Shown: in pieces, positions 25,838 to 40,256 of the stretch
Layout: each line of letters starts with the position of its first letter
Position numbering within the stretch: position 1 is the first letter of the stretch
Assembly (NCBI GenBank): GCA_964016885.1
Contig: OZ024745.1
Location: 33,356,001 to 33,420,000 of the forward strand
DNA length: 64,000 nt
Source: Eledone cirrhosa
Lineage: Eukaryota
Direction of reading: 5' to 3'
Notes under the pieces: model-generated
Databases searched by the model: none
Told to the model about the DNA's origin: nothing
What the model saw: the letters and a program-made list of their open reading frames with translations, nothing else
Made by a program: the position numbers and the translations under genes

Positions 25838-27504
25838 AATGACAGATAATTTCCCAGACCTTATTTACAAACTGAGTTGGGTAGAATTCATTGAATGTTT
25901 CTATTGGTATTTTTATTTCTAATACTAGCTACCAGTCACAACTCCTGACAGAAAGAACAACATGAAATAAAGTGACTTGCTCAAGGATATGATACACCAC
26001 ATGGCCCAGGAATAAAATTCCCAACATCACGAGCCATATGCCTTCATTATATAAATATAAACACATTAAAATAAATAGTTTCCTACTATAGAAACAAAGG
26101 TGGTTTCAGGCAGTGTTTTTATAAAAAAAATTGAAGTTAATACTATTCCAAAATTGAATATATCTTTCAGACCTATATGATAATATGATAACACTAATTT
26201 TGGTGCATGGAAACATGTTTGTTTTTATCTACTGTATAACAGACACATCTTTGCGTGTGTGCCTGAAGTGAGGTTGGTGGAGGTATATACTCTCTCTTAT
26301 TGATTCAAAGTGAATGTGAATATTGTTATGAAATATATCATTTAGAGAACTGTCAGATAGATTTAAATAACCAAGTAAAATAAAAGAAGTCATTGTGTTT
26401 TATGGACTGTTTTAGCATGAACTTTGCATTTAGAGATTAATGCAGTTTAATAGTGGCTTTAAAAAAAGTATATATTGATATGAAATGTGCCAGAATGTAT
26501 TGTTAATGACAGATTTTAGATAACTGCTTAATGTGTTTTCTAAGATTAAATTTAAATTTACTCTATTAACCAGGCTTCTCTTAGTGCCAGCTGCTACAAA
26601 AGACAATATAATTTCTCTTCCCAATTGAAACCTCCAGTATCCTCGCTGTCTGGATTATAGTTTTCCTTCATCAAATCAGGGTGAGAACATCACCACTGAG
26701 GAAAGAAAGAAAGCTGACAAGTAGAATGGTTCATGCAACAGGTTTCACTGGTTGTTCTCCATGGCAATATTTCTGCCATCTTGTCTGTTGGGTTCAGGCG
26801 AAATATAAAATGTACAGCCAAACGTGTAGAATTGGCACACTCTCCATTTCTTTACCTACTTTTTCCTTTTTTTTTCTGTTTTCCTTTCTTTTTGCCATTA
26901 AACATATTGCAGACCCGTTAACTCTCCTCGTCTGATGGGAAGATCTTTCACCCACTTTGGAGTGGATGAGAGATGTCCTCTCTTGTGAAAATGGGTATAA
27001 CTTTCATTATGTAAAATCTCTCTATTTTGCTTCATTTCTCCTCATTCGGGGGTACTTTTTTTCATGGTACTCCCCATTTGGGTTTTTGGAGGTTGGCAGG
27101 TCCGATATTGTAGACCAAATAAATTTTACCAACCATCATTGCATAAACACACATGCACATGGTAATGAGATGGGCTGCCTCCTCCGTCAGTAATATACAG
27201 AGGACCTCTGATTGTATTTTTTATTTGTGGAATTGTCTCATTTATATAGAGAGAGTAAAAGATATATAACTGGATGTTGTTGCTGCCACCCACACAGACA
27301 TTCCTCCCAGACCATATATATATATATATGTAAAAAAGGGCTATCTGTCTCATTGACAAACCTTCCTGCACAAAAACATTACAGTCATTAGCTTACTAAT
27401 ATACTGTATCCTCTTGCTGTCTCATCTATCACTACTAAAACAGTTGTTGCTCTGAACTAATAAACTGTATAGAATCAGACACATCAGCCTTTCCATACAC
27501 CCCT

Positions 27505-27755
27505 AATGCTCACCAGGCCGGTGCTTATCCCGGTTTCCATGGCATGAAGTGACTAAGAGTACAAGATTCTCCTGGTCAGGATGCCAGCCCATCACAAGGT
27601 TAAACTGTCCACTATTGTTGGTACTTGTTTTCAGCTGATTATGCTGGAGCAATGTGAAATGAAATGTTTTGCTTAACACAACAAACAACCTGGTCTGGGA
27701 ATCGAACCCATGACATTATGATCGTAAGTCCAACACCTTTACCACTAGGCCACAT
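27505..27755 (-). mobile_element. Family-2 SINE
   Basis: Reverse complement: gtggcctagtggtaaagg...gggttcgattccc. Confidence 0.78.
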
Positions 27756-27860
27756 GTCTTCACACCATACCTCAAGCCCTATAGTAAACACTTCACCTTT
27801 GAGAAAACAAATATTGTCTTCAGATCGACAGAATAGTTTTAACTCTTTTCATAGAAAAGC

Positions 27861-28418
27861 AGCTGTAACCAACCCTAGTATCTACAATACAAGCTGTAAC
27901 CAACCCTAGTATCTACAATACAAGCTGTAACCAACCCTAGTATCTACAATACAAGCTGTAACCAACCCGAGTATCTACAATACAAGCTGTAACCAACCCT
28001 AGTATCTACAATACAAGCTGTAACCAACCCTAGTATCTACAATACAAGCTGTAACCAACCCTAGTATCTACAATACAAGCTGTAACCAACCCTAGTATCT
28101 ACAATACAAGCTGTAACCAACCCTAGTATCTACAATACAAGCTGTAACCAACCCTAGTATCTACAATACAAGCTGTAACCAACCCTAGTATCTACAATAC
28201 AAGCTGTAACCAACCCTAGTATCTACAATACAAGCTGTAACCAACCCTAGTATCTACAATACAAGCTGTAACCAACCCTAGTATCTACAATACAAGCTGT
28301 AACCAACCCTAGTATCTACAATACAAGCTGTAACCAACCCTAGTATCTACAATACAAGCTGTAACCAACCCTAGTATCTACAATACAAGCTGTAACCAAC
28401 CCTAGTATCTACAATACA
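27861..28418. repeat. 31-bp minisatellite (AGCTGTAACCAACCCTAGTATCTACAATACA) x18
   Basis: Period 31, nearly invariant. Confidence 0.97.
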
Positions 28419-28714
28419 AAGCTGTTTAGAGTAATATTAATGGTTACAAAGCATGTTTGTGATTGAAAAATAGTAGAACAAGTAGAGCGTATAAGATCCG
28501 TCTCCGAGGCTTATACAACCTATTTGTTTGACTATAGTCAGAAACACTTGCTTTGTAGCCATTAACTTTACTTTAAAGTCATCTTAATTTTCCAAGGTCA
28601 TATTTGAAATAGATTGTTAACAAAGTTATTCATCTAAAAAGCTTTCATCATAATTTTATGTAAGAACCATTGTTAAGTTATGTTCCATACACTAGTTTAA
28701 TAATAAGAAAGTGG

Positions 28715-28980
28715 TCATGCTGGTGTCATGACAAAAAATACCCAGTCCACACTGTAAAATGGTCATTTTGGTGTCACAATAAAAGGCACTCAGTTCACAC
28801 TGCAAATGTGGTTGGAGTTGGTGTTAGGAAGGGCACCCGGCTGTAGAAACCAAGTTAGAAACAGTTCTGCATGAGCAAGTCATGGTTATCTGATCTGACT
28901 TGTCTCACAACAGGACAACCCATCTAACTCATGCTAGCGTGGAAAATGGACATTAAATGGTGATGATGATGATGATGATA
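28715..28980 (+). mobile_element. RTE 3' UTR fragment inserted in a piggyBac-like element remnant
   Basis: ggtgttaggaagggca...gctagcgtggaaaatggacattaaa(tga)n. Confidence 0.75.
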
Positions 28981-29169
28981 GTTTGCATTAGAAATATGTA
29001 ACAAAAGGTTAAAGAATTTTCTATCAATTTTTCATTTTACGTAGATCAGAGGTGGGTGGGATGGGGAACCTGCAACCTTTGTGGCCCTTAATAGGAACTT
29101 TCTGGAAGAAGCCTGGATTTTGTATGATAAATAAATTTTTATGTTCATTACATAGTATTTTATTTATAT

Positions 29170-29798
29170 AATCTCGAGAGAAGACTACGTTGGTATGGTC
29201 ACGTGATGCGCATGAAAGACGACAGCTGTATAAAAAAGTGCAGGGCAATAAAAATAGATGGTAGCCACGGAGTAGGCAGACCCAGAAAAACCTGGGACAA
29301 CTTGATAAATTCCGACCTCACACACTTACACCTCTCCAAGACAATGTCACTGGACCGAGAACTTTGGCGCTACACAGTAATAGAGAAGACCCGCCTTACC
29401 TAAGTACAAAGTGAAACCTACTACAGTCAGTAGGCACCTCTAACAAAATACACCCCCGTCCCACTACCCACACCCCATCCACACCACCCCTTTCAATGTA
29501 AAGTTATGTTGGTGTCACAACATCCAACCCGAAACAAATGAGGTTGTGTAGGTGCCACGACAAAAAAACACACAGTCCACGCTGTAATGTGGCCGTGTAG
29601 GTAATGCGGTAAAAACCTCCCAGCCCCACACTGTAAATGTGGTTGGTGTTAGGAAGGGCATCCAGCCGTAGAAAACCAGCCAGACAGTCCTATGCGAGCA
29701 AGACAACCACTCTTGCCTCAAGTGGGAAAGCTCCCGTCCAAACCCATGCAAGTGTGGAATATGGACGTTAAACGATGATGATGATGATGATGATGATG
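29170..29798 (+). mobile_element. RTE 3' fragment (related subfamily)
   Basis: RRLRWYGHVMRMKDDSCIKKC...GRPRKTW, then 3' UTR and (GAT)n tail. Confidence 0.88.
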
Positions 29799-30324
29799 AA
29801 TATAATATATATATTTATACTAAAATTCTTAAATTGTCACAAAATGTTTATCTCTTACTTTAATACTTATAACTATATTTTCACAATAAATATAATTATG
29901 CTCCGATTTAGAATAGATACACAGTATCCCCGCATATCATAGGAGGTGACTAACAGGGTTGATGTCAGGAAAATCTCCTAACTGTAAAACATTGCTTCAA
30001 AAAGGACCTTATCATGAACATGATGCCTATCATGGAGTTTGCAAGGGTAACCTCTGCTTTAGCAGAGAAAATTGCATTAAGGTGCAATAAATGTAATTAC
30101 AGTTTGCCAAGAGCTAATTGATAAAGAGGGACGAAGCAAATAAAGTTTACACTGATCTTTCCATTGCTGATATTAACTTCTGGTAATAACTCCAGGCAGA
30201 AAAAAGAAGGGATTTAAACTCAATGCACAGAGCTGGATCAAATACCACACAGTTTCCCATCCAACTCTTACACAATTCTGCCAACCCATAACCCCTGGTC
30301 TTGTACTTTTAATCAATCAATCAT

Positions 30325-30625
30325 GTTCCTGCAACTGGTGCAACCAGTTGTTGGGGTGCCACTCTAGACACTTTCATAGTCAGCCTTCGCCATGGGTCTC
30401 TATTCTCTGTCATGCATAGAAGGGTCTCGGTGTTGCAACCAGTCCAGTCCAGTCCAATCTTTGATGATGTCAGAACAGGATTTTCTATGGTTGCCTCTTC
30501 TTTGCCTTCCCTCAACTGCACTCTGAAGGATTGTCTTAGACAAGGAGTTGCGGTGGAATACATGACCATACCAGCAAGCTTCTGTCTTTTCACCATTGCA
30601 TGGAGTGGTTCCAGTCTGCCAGCAA
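30325..30625 (-). mobile_element. Degenerate RTE-like ORF C-terminal fragment
   Basis: VKRQKLA...ENRDPWRRL remnants with frameshifts. Confidence 0.55.
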
Positions 30626-31005
30626 ATTTGTTAACTTGCTAGCTTGTACTTTATTGACCTCAAAAGGATGAAAGGCAATGTTGATCTCAGCAGGATATGA
30701 ACTCAGAGTACATTGAGCCAAAATAAATACTGTAGCATCTAATCCGATGTCTTAACCCTTTAGCATTTATATTACTCTATATTTACTATTATATTTTCAC
30801 AGTAAACATTTTACCTCACATAATATCGAATCTAAGATTTTGATATTATTTATTTTGAGAGCAATACCTTAACATCAGTTTGAGTGTCTGGTTATAGCCA
30901 GTTTGAATAAAAAGAAGTGAGAGAATTCTGGCTGGATACAGCCAGCTTAAATGACTAATAACAGAAAGATGAGATGAAGGAATATTAAAAAAAAGGTGTA
31001 TATAC

Positions 31006-31188
31006 CATATAAAACTGAGGTTCGTACCACCAATCTTTCCATGTCATTATACTCTTACTACATGATAGTAAACTTTCTTCTTCTTTGTTGTCAGATATAA
31101 TTGGTGTGTCGTACATTTTCTCTTTAGATAAAACATGAAAGAGAAAGGAGAAAAATACTCCAATCCCAATCACGACAAACACTAGTAG
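31006..31188 (-). CDS. MFSD12: MFSD12-like exon B (183 nt)
   Basis: ttttcag| ... ATG|gtatat. LLVFVVIGIGVFFSFLFHVLSKEK...TWKDWWYEPQFYM resembles MFSD12 'VVGVGAVFSLLFHLGTRE...W..EPAFYQ'. Confidence 0.92.
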
Positions 31189-31473
31189 CTGAAAAATAAA
31201 ACAACCATTTATTATAATTGGAAAAATTCCCAAATGAACATTGCAAATATTATGGTGATAATAATCAAGTCAACTTTTTAATTTACATAACTGCACACAG
31301 ACTCAAACACATCTAGTAGGCACCTCTTAACCGCTATACCCATTTCTGTCCACACCATCCTTACACATTAAACAAAATGTATCCAGCCCACATTATAAAG
31401 TGGTTGTATAATTCAAAGGGTTATCCTTGTTACACACTGTGCCATGCCAAATTATCCCCAAGGACTACATTAA

Positions 31474-31683
31474 CCCTTTAGCATTTAAACCACCCATATC
31501 CGGTCAGAATTCTCTCACCTCTTTCTGTTCAAACTGGCCATTCAAATTGACGTTAAGGTATTGTTCTCAAAATAAATAACATGAAAATTTCATAAATTCG
31601 ATATTATGTGAGATAATTATTGAGATAAAGCCTTTATCACAAAAATGCAATAGTATATATAGAGTAATGTAAATGCTAAAGGG
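31474..31683 (-). mobile_element. piggyBac-like MITE, same family, opposite orientation (partial copies 30756-~30955, 32167-~32336, 19510-20000 split)
   Basis: ttaa|CCCTTTAGCATTTA ... TAAATGCTAAAGGG|ttaa. Confidence 0.88.
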
Positions 31684-32577
31684 TTAAAGGTACACATGCT
31701 TGTGGAATGCTCAGGCACTTGCATGTTAATTTCATAAGCATGCAGTTGTGTTGAATAAATCAACTGGAACACTGACAGAGGTTCAACACATTGACCAAAT
31801 AAATATATTTCCATGTAACATCTGCTGTCTCTGGAGTAACAATGTTTTCTTATTGATCTGCTCATGAATATTTTAACAACTTAAATGTCATTTATTTCAG
31901 GAAGATTGCAAAAAATCTCAATTTGAAACTGACATGTACATATAATTATGTCACCTACTACATTATTGGTTTACAAGTGATTCTATTCAAGCAGTCCCAT
32001 GATCAAAGATGTTCCAGTCATGAACATCCTGTCTATTTTTTTTTCCAAAACAGTGTCTCTATGACTATATTATTCAATATGTCTTTATTCTTTATAAAAC
32101 AGTTTGCTGTATGTATCCAGTTAAGAATAGACACACTGTATCTCTGCATACTGTAAGGTGGCTTAACCCTTTAGCATTTATATTATATTTATTTTTGTAT
32201 TTTCATAGTGAATCTCACACAATATTGAGTCTACGAGATTTTGATGTTATTAATTTTGAGAACAATTTTGAGACCAGTTACAGCCAGTTTGAAGAGAAAA
32301 AGGTGAGAGTTCTGGCCAGATGCGGTCGGTTTAAATGGTTGGTGTAGAGAAAGAAATCCTGTTGTAAAATATTGCTTCAAAAAAGGCTCCATGATTACTA
32401 TAAAGCCTATCATGGGGCCTGCAAGGTTATTCCCAGCTTGTTGTTTGTTTCAAAATCAGTAGAGTATGTTTTGATGGAGCCTGCAAGGTTTTTCCCTGCT
32501 TGAGGAACAATCAAACCTAGTTAACACTGAAATAGTTTGTAACAAAATAATAAGATAAAAATAAAAATATGTCTTAC

Positions 32578-32686
32578 CTCAAATTTTCCGCTATCTTTTC
32601 TTTCTAATTTTTCACCAGCATTCATATTAAATATAGACCAAAATATAGAATATACAGCTAAATTTGCAAGTACTGTAAAAGCATAA
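32578..32686 (-). CDS. MFSD12: MFSD12-like MFS transporter, internal exon A (109 nt)
   Basis: ttttacag| acceptor, GAG|gtaaga donor. Translates (phase 2) YAFTVLANLAVYSIFWSIFNMNAGEKLERKDSGKFE, resembling MFSD12 'RYAFTVVANITVY...'. Joins exon B in frame. Confidence 0.9.
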
Positions 32687-34011
32687 CTGTAAAAGAACAA
32701 AGAAAGAAAAATTAATTTCTTATAATCTCAATAGAAAAAATATATATTGAGTCCTAATAAACCAACTTTAAGACTTGGTTTCAAACAACAAATGTTTAAA
32801 AGCTATTTTCTCTGTTAAAGCAAGGGCTAAACTTGCAGAGCTCATGACAAGCTTCTTCATTTTGCTCTATCTTCTGAATTTTCCCTCACCAACTTTTTAT
32901 TTCCTCCTCCATCATCTTTAGCCATGTTTTTCTTGATTTTTCCCTTCCTCTATTTCTTTACAAATTCATATCCATGACTCCTCTCATCCTGTTGTCATCC
33001 TTTTTCAACACATGACCTATGTACACTCAGTGTAGACCAGGTACACTGTACCTCTGTTTGTCATAAGAGGCAAGTAAAAGGGTTGGTATCAGGAAAGGCA
33101 TCCAGTTCTAAAACATTGCCTCAAAAAGGACTCCATGATGAGTATGATTGCTTGGTTTTAATCCATGATTGAGCTACTCAACTTATACCTTCTACCTGCA
33201 ATATTTAACAGATCATACCCTTGTATTATCATATTTCTTATGACAGACACTCTATTTGTTTTAAATAATTTTGAAAATAATCAAGACTATACATGCACCT
33301 TTGATGAGTTGTAGTGCACCTGAGCACTGTACACAATAATTTCATTATTATTATTATTAATTTTATGAATATAACTGAAATTTGGAGAGATTTAGTGATA
33401 TTACTAATTTTCTCATTAAAAAACTGGTGTTTGGAGCATAGCTTAAAGGTTTTTACATATAATTGTGATAGAGGTTTTTTTTTTTTAAATATAAGTATTT
33501 AAAAAGAAACAGCTTTGTATTACAGAACCAAGGAAAGTTTTAGGCATTTTGGTATCAAAACAGCTAAATAATCTGATAAAAGATGAACGATGCCAAGCTG
33601 ACTTGTTCAATTATGAAAGCTGTATATTGGGAAAGATTATATGTGCTGTGAAGTGAATTAAATTCTTATGTTTTCAGATATAGCTGTTTTCTTAAACATG
33701 AAAGGTAATGCTTGAAATAACAGAATATACTTCTCTCACAAAACAGACATATTCAGATCCATGAACTGTATTAAACCTTTTCATAGTAACCCAGCCAAAA
33801 CTGGTTCTAGTTCTATCAAACAAAACCACACATTTTAAAGAGTTTCTATTTAAATTAAAATCTTCAAACATTTTTATATAAGAATCCATGTTACTATCTT
33901 AGTAATGGAATATTTAATAATTTCTCTGGCAGGTTGGAAGATTATGTGGCTTGATAATACTAAGACACACAGAACACCAAAAAGCTCAACAATTGCAAAA
34001 TATTTAGGAGT

Positions 34012-34275
34012 ACACACACACAGAACCCTGAAATAAACATGAGTTATCACACACACACACACACACACAGAACCCTGAAGTAAACATGAGTTATCACACA
34101 CACAACACTGAAGTAAACATGAGTTATCACACACATACACACACACACAGAACACTGAAGTAAACATGAGTTATCACACACACACACACACACACATACA
34201 GAACCCTGAAGTAAACATGAGTTATCACACACACACACACACACACACACAGAACACTGAAGTAAACATGAGTTA

Positions 34276-34323
<48 letters not shown>

Positions 34324-34395
34324 CCCTGAAGTAAACATGAGTTATCACACACACACACACACACACACACAGAACACTGAAGTAAACATGAGTTA

Positions 34396-34431
<36 letters not shown>

Positions 34432-34752
34432 CCCTGAAGTAAACATGAGTTATCACACACATACAGACAGACACAGAACCCTGAAGTAAACATGAGTTAT
34501 CACACACACACACACACAGAACACTGAAGTAAACGTGAGTTATCACACACACACACACACACACAGAACACTGAAGTAAACATGAGTTATCACACACACA
34601 CACACACACACATACAGAACCCTGAAGTAAACATGAGTTATCACACACACACACACAACACTGAAGTAAACATGAGTTATCACACACACACACAACACTG
34701 AAGTAAACATGAGTTATCACACACACACACACACAGAAGTAAACATGAGTTA

Positions 34753-34792
<40 letters not shown>

Positions 34793-34860
34793 CACTGAAG
34801 TAAACATGAGTTATCACACACATACAGACAGACACAGAACCCTGAAGTAAACATGAGTTA

Positions 34861-34903
<43 letters not shown>

Positions 34904-34925
34904 ACACTGAAGTAAACATGAGTTA

Positions 34926-34973
<48 letters not shown>

Positions 34974-34995
34974 CACTGAAGTAAACGTGAGTTAT

Positions 34996-35026
<31 letters not shown>

Positions 35027-35180
35027 AACACTGAAGTAAACATGAGTTATCACACACACACACACAGAACACTGAAATAAACATGAGTTATCACACACAC
35101 ACACACACACAGAACCCTGAAGTAAACATGAGTTATCACACACACACACACACACAGAACACTGAAGTAAACATGAGTTA

Positions 35181-35224
<44 letters not shown>

Positions 35225-35286
35225 CCCTGAAGTAAACATGAGTTATCACACACACACACACAGAACACTGAAGTAAACATGAGTTA

Positions 35287-35340
<54 letters not shown>

Positions 35341-35533
35341 CACTGAAGTAAACGTGAGTTATCACACACACACACACACACAGAACACTGAAGTAAACAT
35401 GAGTTATCACACACACAACACTGAAGTAAACATGAGTTATCACACACATACACACACACACAGAACACTGAAGTAAACATGAGTTATCACACACACACAC
35501 ACACATACAGAACCCTGAAGTAAACATGAGTTA

Positions 35534-35571
<38 letters not shown>

Positions 35572-35820
35572 CACTGAAGTAAACGTGAGTTATCACACAC
35601 ACACACACACACACACACAACACTGAAGTAAACATGAGTTATCACACACACACACACACAGAACACTGAAGTAAACGTGAGTTATCACACGCACACACAC
35701 ACAGAACACTGAAGTAAACGTGAGTTATCACACACACACACACACACACACAGAACACTGAAGTAAACATGAGTTATCACACACACACACACACAGAACA
35801 CTGAAGTAAACATGAGTTAT

Positions 35821-35851
<31 letters not shown>

Positions 35852-35963
35852 CACTGAAGTAAACGTGAGTTATCACACACACACACACACACACACAGAA
35901 CACTGAAGTAAACATGAGTTATCACACACACACACACAGAACACTGAAGTAAACATGAGTTAT

Positions 35964-35994
<31 letters not shown>

Positions 35995-36091
35995 CACTGA
36001 AGTAAACATGAGTTATCACACACACAGAACACTGAAGTAAACATGAGTTATCACACACACACACACAGAACACTGAAGTAAACATGAGTTA

Positions 36092-36125
<34 letters not shown>

Positions 36126-36147
36126 CACTGAAGTAAACATGAGTTAT

Positions 36148-36178
<31 letters not shown>

Positions 36179-36757
36179 AGGTAAACATGAGTTATCACAC
36201 ACACACACACAGAACACTGAAGTAAACATGAGTTATCACACACACACACACACACACACAGAACACTGAAGTAAACGTGAGTTATCACACACACACACAC
36301 ACACACAGAACACTGAAGTAAACATGAGTTATCACACACACACACACACACACAGAACACTGAAGTAAACATGAGTTATCACACACACACACACAGAACA
36401 CTGAAGTAAACATGAGTTATCACACACACACACACACACACACACAGAACACTGAAGTAAACGTGAGTTATCACACACACACACACAACACTGAAGTAAA
36501 CATGAGTTATCACACACACATAACACTGAAGTAAACATGAGTTATCACACACACACACACACAGAACACTGAAGTAAACATGAGTTATCACACACACACA
36601 CACACACACACAGAACACTGAAGTAAACATGAGTTATCACACACACACACACAGAACACTGAAGTAAACATGAGTTATCACACACACACACAGAACACTG
36701 AAGTAAACATGAGTTATCACACACACACACACAGAACACTGAAGTAAACATGAGTTA

Positions 36758-36793
<36 letters not shown>

Positions 36794-37060
36794 CACTGAA
36801 GTAAACATGAGTTATCACACACACACACACAGAACACTGAAGTAAACATGAGTTATCACACACACACACACACACACAGAACACTGAAGTAAACATGAGT
36901 TATCACACACACACACACAGAACACTGAAGTAAACATGAGTTATCACACACAGAACACTGAAGTAAACATGAGTTATCACACACACCCACACACAGAACA
37001 CTGAGGTAAACATGAGTTATCACACACACACACACAGAACACTGAAGTAAACATGAGTTA

Positions 37061-37094
<34 letters not shown>

Positions 37095-37461
37095 CACTGA
37101 AGTAAACATGAGTTATCACACACACACACACACACACACAGAACACTGAAGTAAACATGAGTTATCACACACACACACACAGAACACTGAAGTAAACATG
37201 AGTTATCACACACACACACACACACACAACACTGAAGTAAACATGAGTTATCACACACACACACACACACACACAGAACACTGAGGTAAACATGAGTTAT
37301 CACACACACACACACAGAACACTGAAGTAAACATGAGTTATCACACACACAACACTGAAGTAAACATGAGTTATCACACACACACACCCACACACAGAAC
37401 ACTGAGGTAAACATGAGTTATCACACACACACACACAGAACACTGAAGTAAACATGAGTTA

Positions 37462-37497
<36 letters not shown>

Positions 37498-38397
37498 CAC
37501 TGAAGTAAACATGAGTTATCACACACACACACACAGAACACTGAAGTAAACATGAGTTATCACACACACACACACAGAACACTGAAGTAAACATGAGTTA
37601 TCACACACACACACACACACAACACTGAAGTAAACATGAGTTATCACACACACACACACACACACAGAACACTGAGGTAAACATGAGTTATCACACACAC
37701 ACACACAGAACACTGAAGTAAACATGAGTTATCACACACACACACACACACACACAGAACACTGAAGTAAACATGAGTTATCACACACACACACACAGAA
37801 CACTGAAGTAAACATGAGTTATCACACACACACACACACACAACACTGAAGTAAACATGAGTTATCACACACACACACACACACAGAACACTGAGGTAAA
37901 CATGAGTTATCACACACACACACACAGAACACTGAAGTAAACATGAGTTATCACACACACAACACTGAAGTAAACATGAGTTATCACACACACACACCCA
38001 CACACAGAACACTGAGGTAAACATGAGTTATCACACACACACACACAGAACACTGAAGTAAACATGAGTTATCACACACACACACACACACACACAGAAC
38101 ACTGAAGTAAACATGAGTTATCACACACACACACACACACACACAGAACACTGAAGTAAACATGAGTTATCACACACACACACACAGAACACTGAAGTAA
38201 ACATGAGTTATCACACACACACACACACACAACACTGAAGTAAACATGAGTTATCACACACACACACACACACACACAGAACACTGAGGTAAACATGAGT
38301 TATCACACACACACACACAGAACACTGAAGTAAACATGAGTTATCACACACACACACACAGAACACTGAAGTAAACATGAGTTATCACACACATACA
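34012..38397. repeat. Compound satellite: 25-bp constant GAACACTGAAGTAAACATGAGTTAT plus variable (CA)n, roughly 100 units
   Basis: Seen directly. Unit count is estimated. Confidence 0.97.
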
Positions 38398-38507
38398 GAG
38401 AGAGAGAGAGACACACACACACATAAATATGGAGAGACACATACAGACACATACACACACTAACAGACAGACAGACACATCTTAAATTTTATTATTTAAG
38501 TAGTTTA

Positions 38508-38700
38508 GGGCAGTGGATTGGCAGTATCGGTAGAGGGTCGGACGCCATGCTTTGACGCATAGAGTTACGGCCCTTGCCATTCTGAGTTCAAATCCCGCCG
38601 AGGTTAACTTTGCCTTTCATCCTTACGGGGTCGATAAAATAAAGTACCAGTAATACACTGGTTAATTGCTGGCCTTGTGCCTAAAGTAGAAACAATTATT
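38508..38700 (+). mobile_element. Family-1 SINE, near complete (partial copies at ~14960-15057 plus, ~11360-11600 minus, ~19255-19500 minus, ~30645-30750 minus)
   Basis: Closely matches 9040-9232 and 10831-11022. Confidence 0.88.
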
Positions 38701-39212
38701 TAAGTAGTTTGGTTCTCTCCAAAACTTTGATTTCTTCTGCCAGTGGATATTTTCAATTTGTCAAAAATATTAGGGATGTATCTTCAGCATATCTAATATC
38801 TATTGGGGATGGGGGCATCAGTCAGGGCCAGACTTTTATCTGACTTTCACTTCTTTCATTAGAAATTAACCCCTCCTCACACACGTGTGCAGATACACAC
38901 ACACATACATATGTTGTTGTTACAGTTTACACTTATATAGGTTTAGCTGACCTCATAGGATGTTTCTTGGATGTTTTAATAATAGAGGCCCCAGTCCTAT
39001 CATGGAAAGTTGCCCCACTTCAGCCTCGGCTATGGCTGGTACTCCTTTTTTTTCAGTTAAGTGGACTGTACACATATGTGTATTGTGTATATATGCATAT
39101 GTTCATACACACACACATTATATATATATAACAAAGAAAGTGTGGTAAGGAACCAGGTGGACCATAACACACCAGAGTACTTGATACTTAGGGTAGTAGA
39201 GTGGGTAATAGC

Positions 39213-39322
39213 AAAAGTGTCAGGACCTTGACGGCTGAGCTCTGGCCGTTTCAACAGCTAGATCCGAAGTGATCTAGGTGTTGAAATGGCCGGAGCTCAG
39301 CCACCAGGGTCCTGACTCTTTT
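39213..39322. repeat. 52-bp-arm hairpin within a ~200-bp element flanked by (TA)n
   Basis: 39213-39264 pairs with 39271-39322; loop CGAAGT. Confidence 0.85.
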
Positions 39323-39378
39323 CATATATATATATATATTATGTTGACAGCTCTAGTCCTGTGGAAGCCTTTTCTATA

Positions 39379-39426
<48 letters not shown>

Positions 39427-39436
39427 CACATACATA

Positions 39437-39943
39437 CTAGCCGAATGACCCGCGCCTTGCTGTGTTTCACACATTTTTTTTGTAAGAAAATGATGATTGA
39501 TTTTAAATCAGTGATATAATTTATGGAGAAAAACTCTGCCTTTCAATATTACACAATGTAAAATGTAATGCATGAAATATTGGAAAACATTATTTTTTGT
39601 AATATATCAAATCAAAATTACATTATCAAATCTTATTCTTATTTTGTTTCTTGTAAATAATTTTTTGCAAAATATCAATTCAAAACTTTTGTGAATAGGC
39701 ATCATATCTTGTCATTTTCCTATGGTTTAAATTTCATATAAATCAAAGGGAAAAGATTTTCAGCAGGGGTTTTGTGCCCCCGAGGAACCCTTTGATTAAA
39801 ATGAAATATACTTATCCAAGTACCCTGGGCAATGTAGTTTCAGAATATATATGGTTATGGGGGTCTATCTCCAAAATTATAGGAGGAGTTCGTGAACGAA
39901 CAAACAAACAAACATACAAGAACTACAACTTTATATATATAGA
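39437..39943 (-). mobile_element. Non-autonomous Helitron-like element
   Basis: Minus strand A|TCTATATATATAAAG...(GTTT)n...GGCGCGGGTCATTCGGCTAG|T. 5' TC, 3' CTAG, inserted between A and T, GC-rich subterminal region. Confidence 0.75.
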
Positions 39944-40256
39944 TATATAAATACACACACAACTACACACCTATATATGTGTGATGGTGTATCCCATATG
40001 ACACACTGTTGAGGACTGTCTTTGTGTGTAGTGTAAGTCAACTTACACAGCATCTCTCACTAACCAAACTTTACTGAAGGTTATATTTTGGTGATAAAAT
40101 AATGTTTATCAATTCTAAAATAATTTTATATATTTTTTTTATAGCTTGTTGGTGTGAATCATTGACTGTAGATGCAGCAATGATAACATAATGAAAACCA
40201 AGCAACTTTCCACCGATAGATAGACAAGTTAACAATTTAGTTATCTGTAATTCCGT

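Noticed and set aside
33874-34010. Possible upstream MFSD12 exon (…SHIIFQPA…)
   Set aside because: Lacks the conserved FGWA/HL.LIP residues and has no compatible splice sites.
34012-38397. CRISPR array
   Set aside because: Spacers are only (CA)n, there are no cas genes, and the context is eukaryotic.
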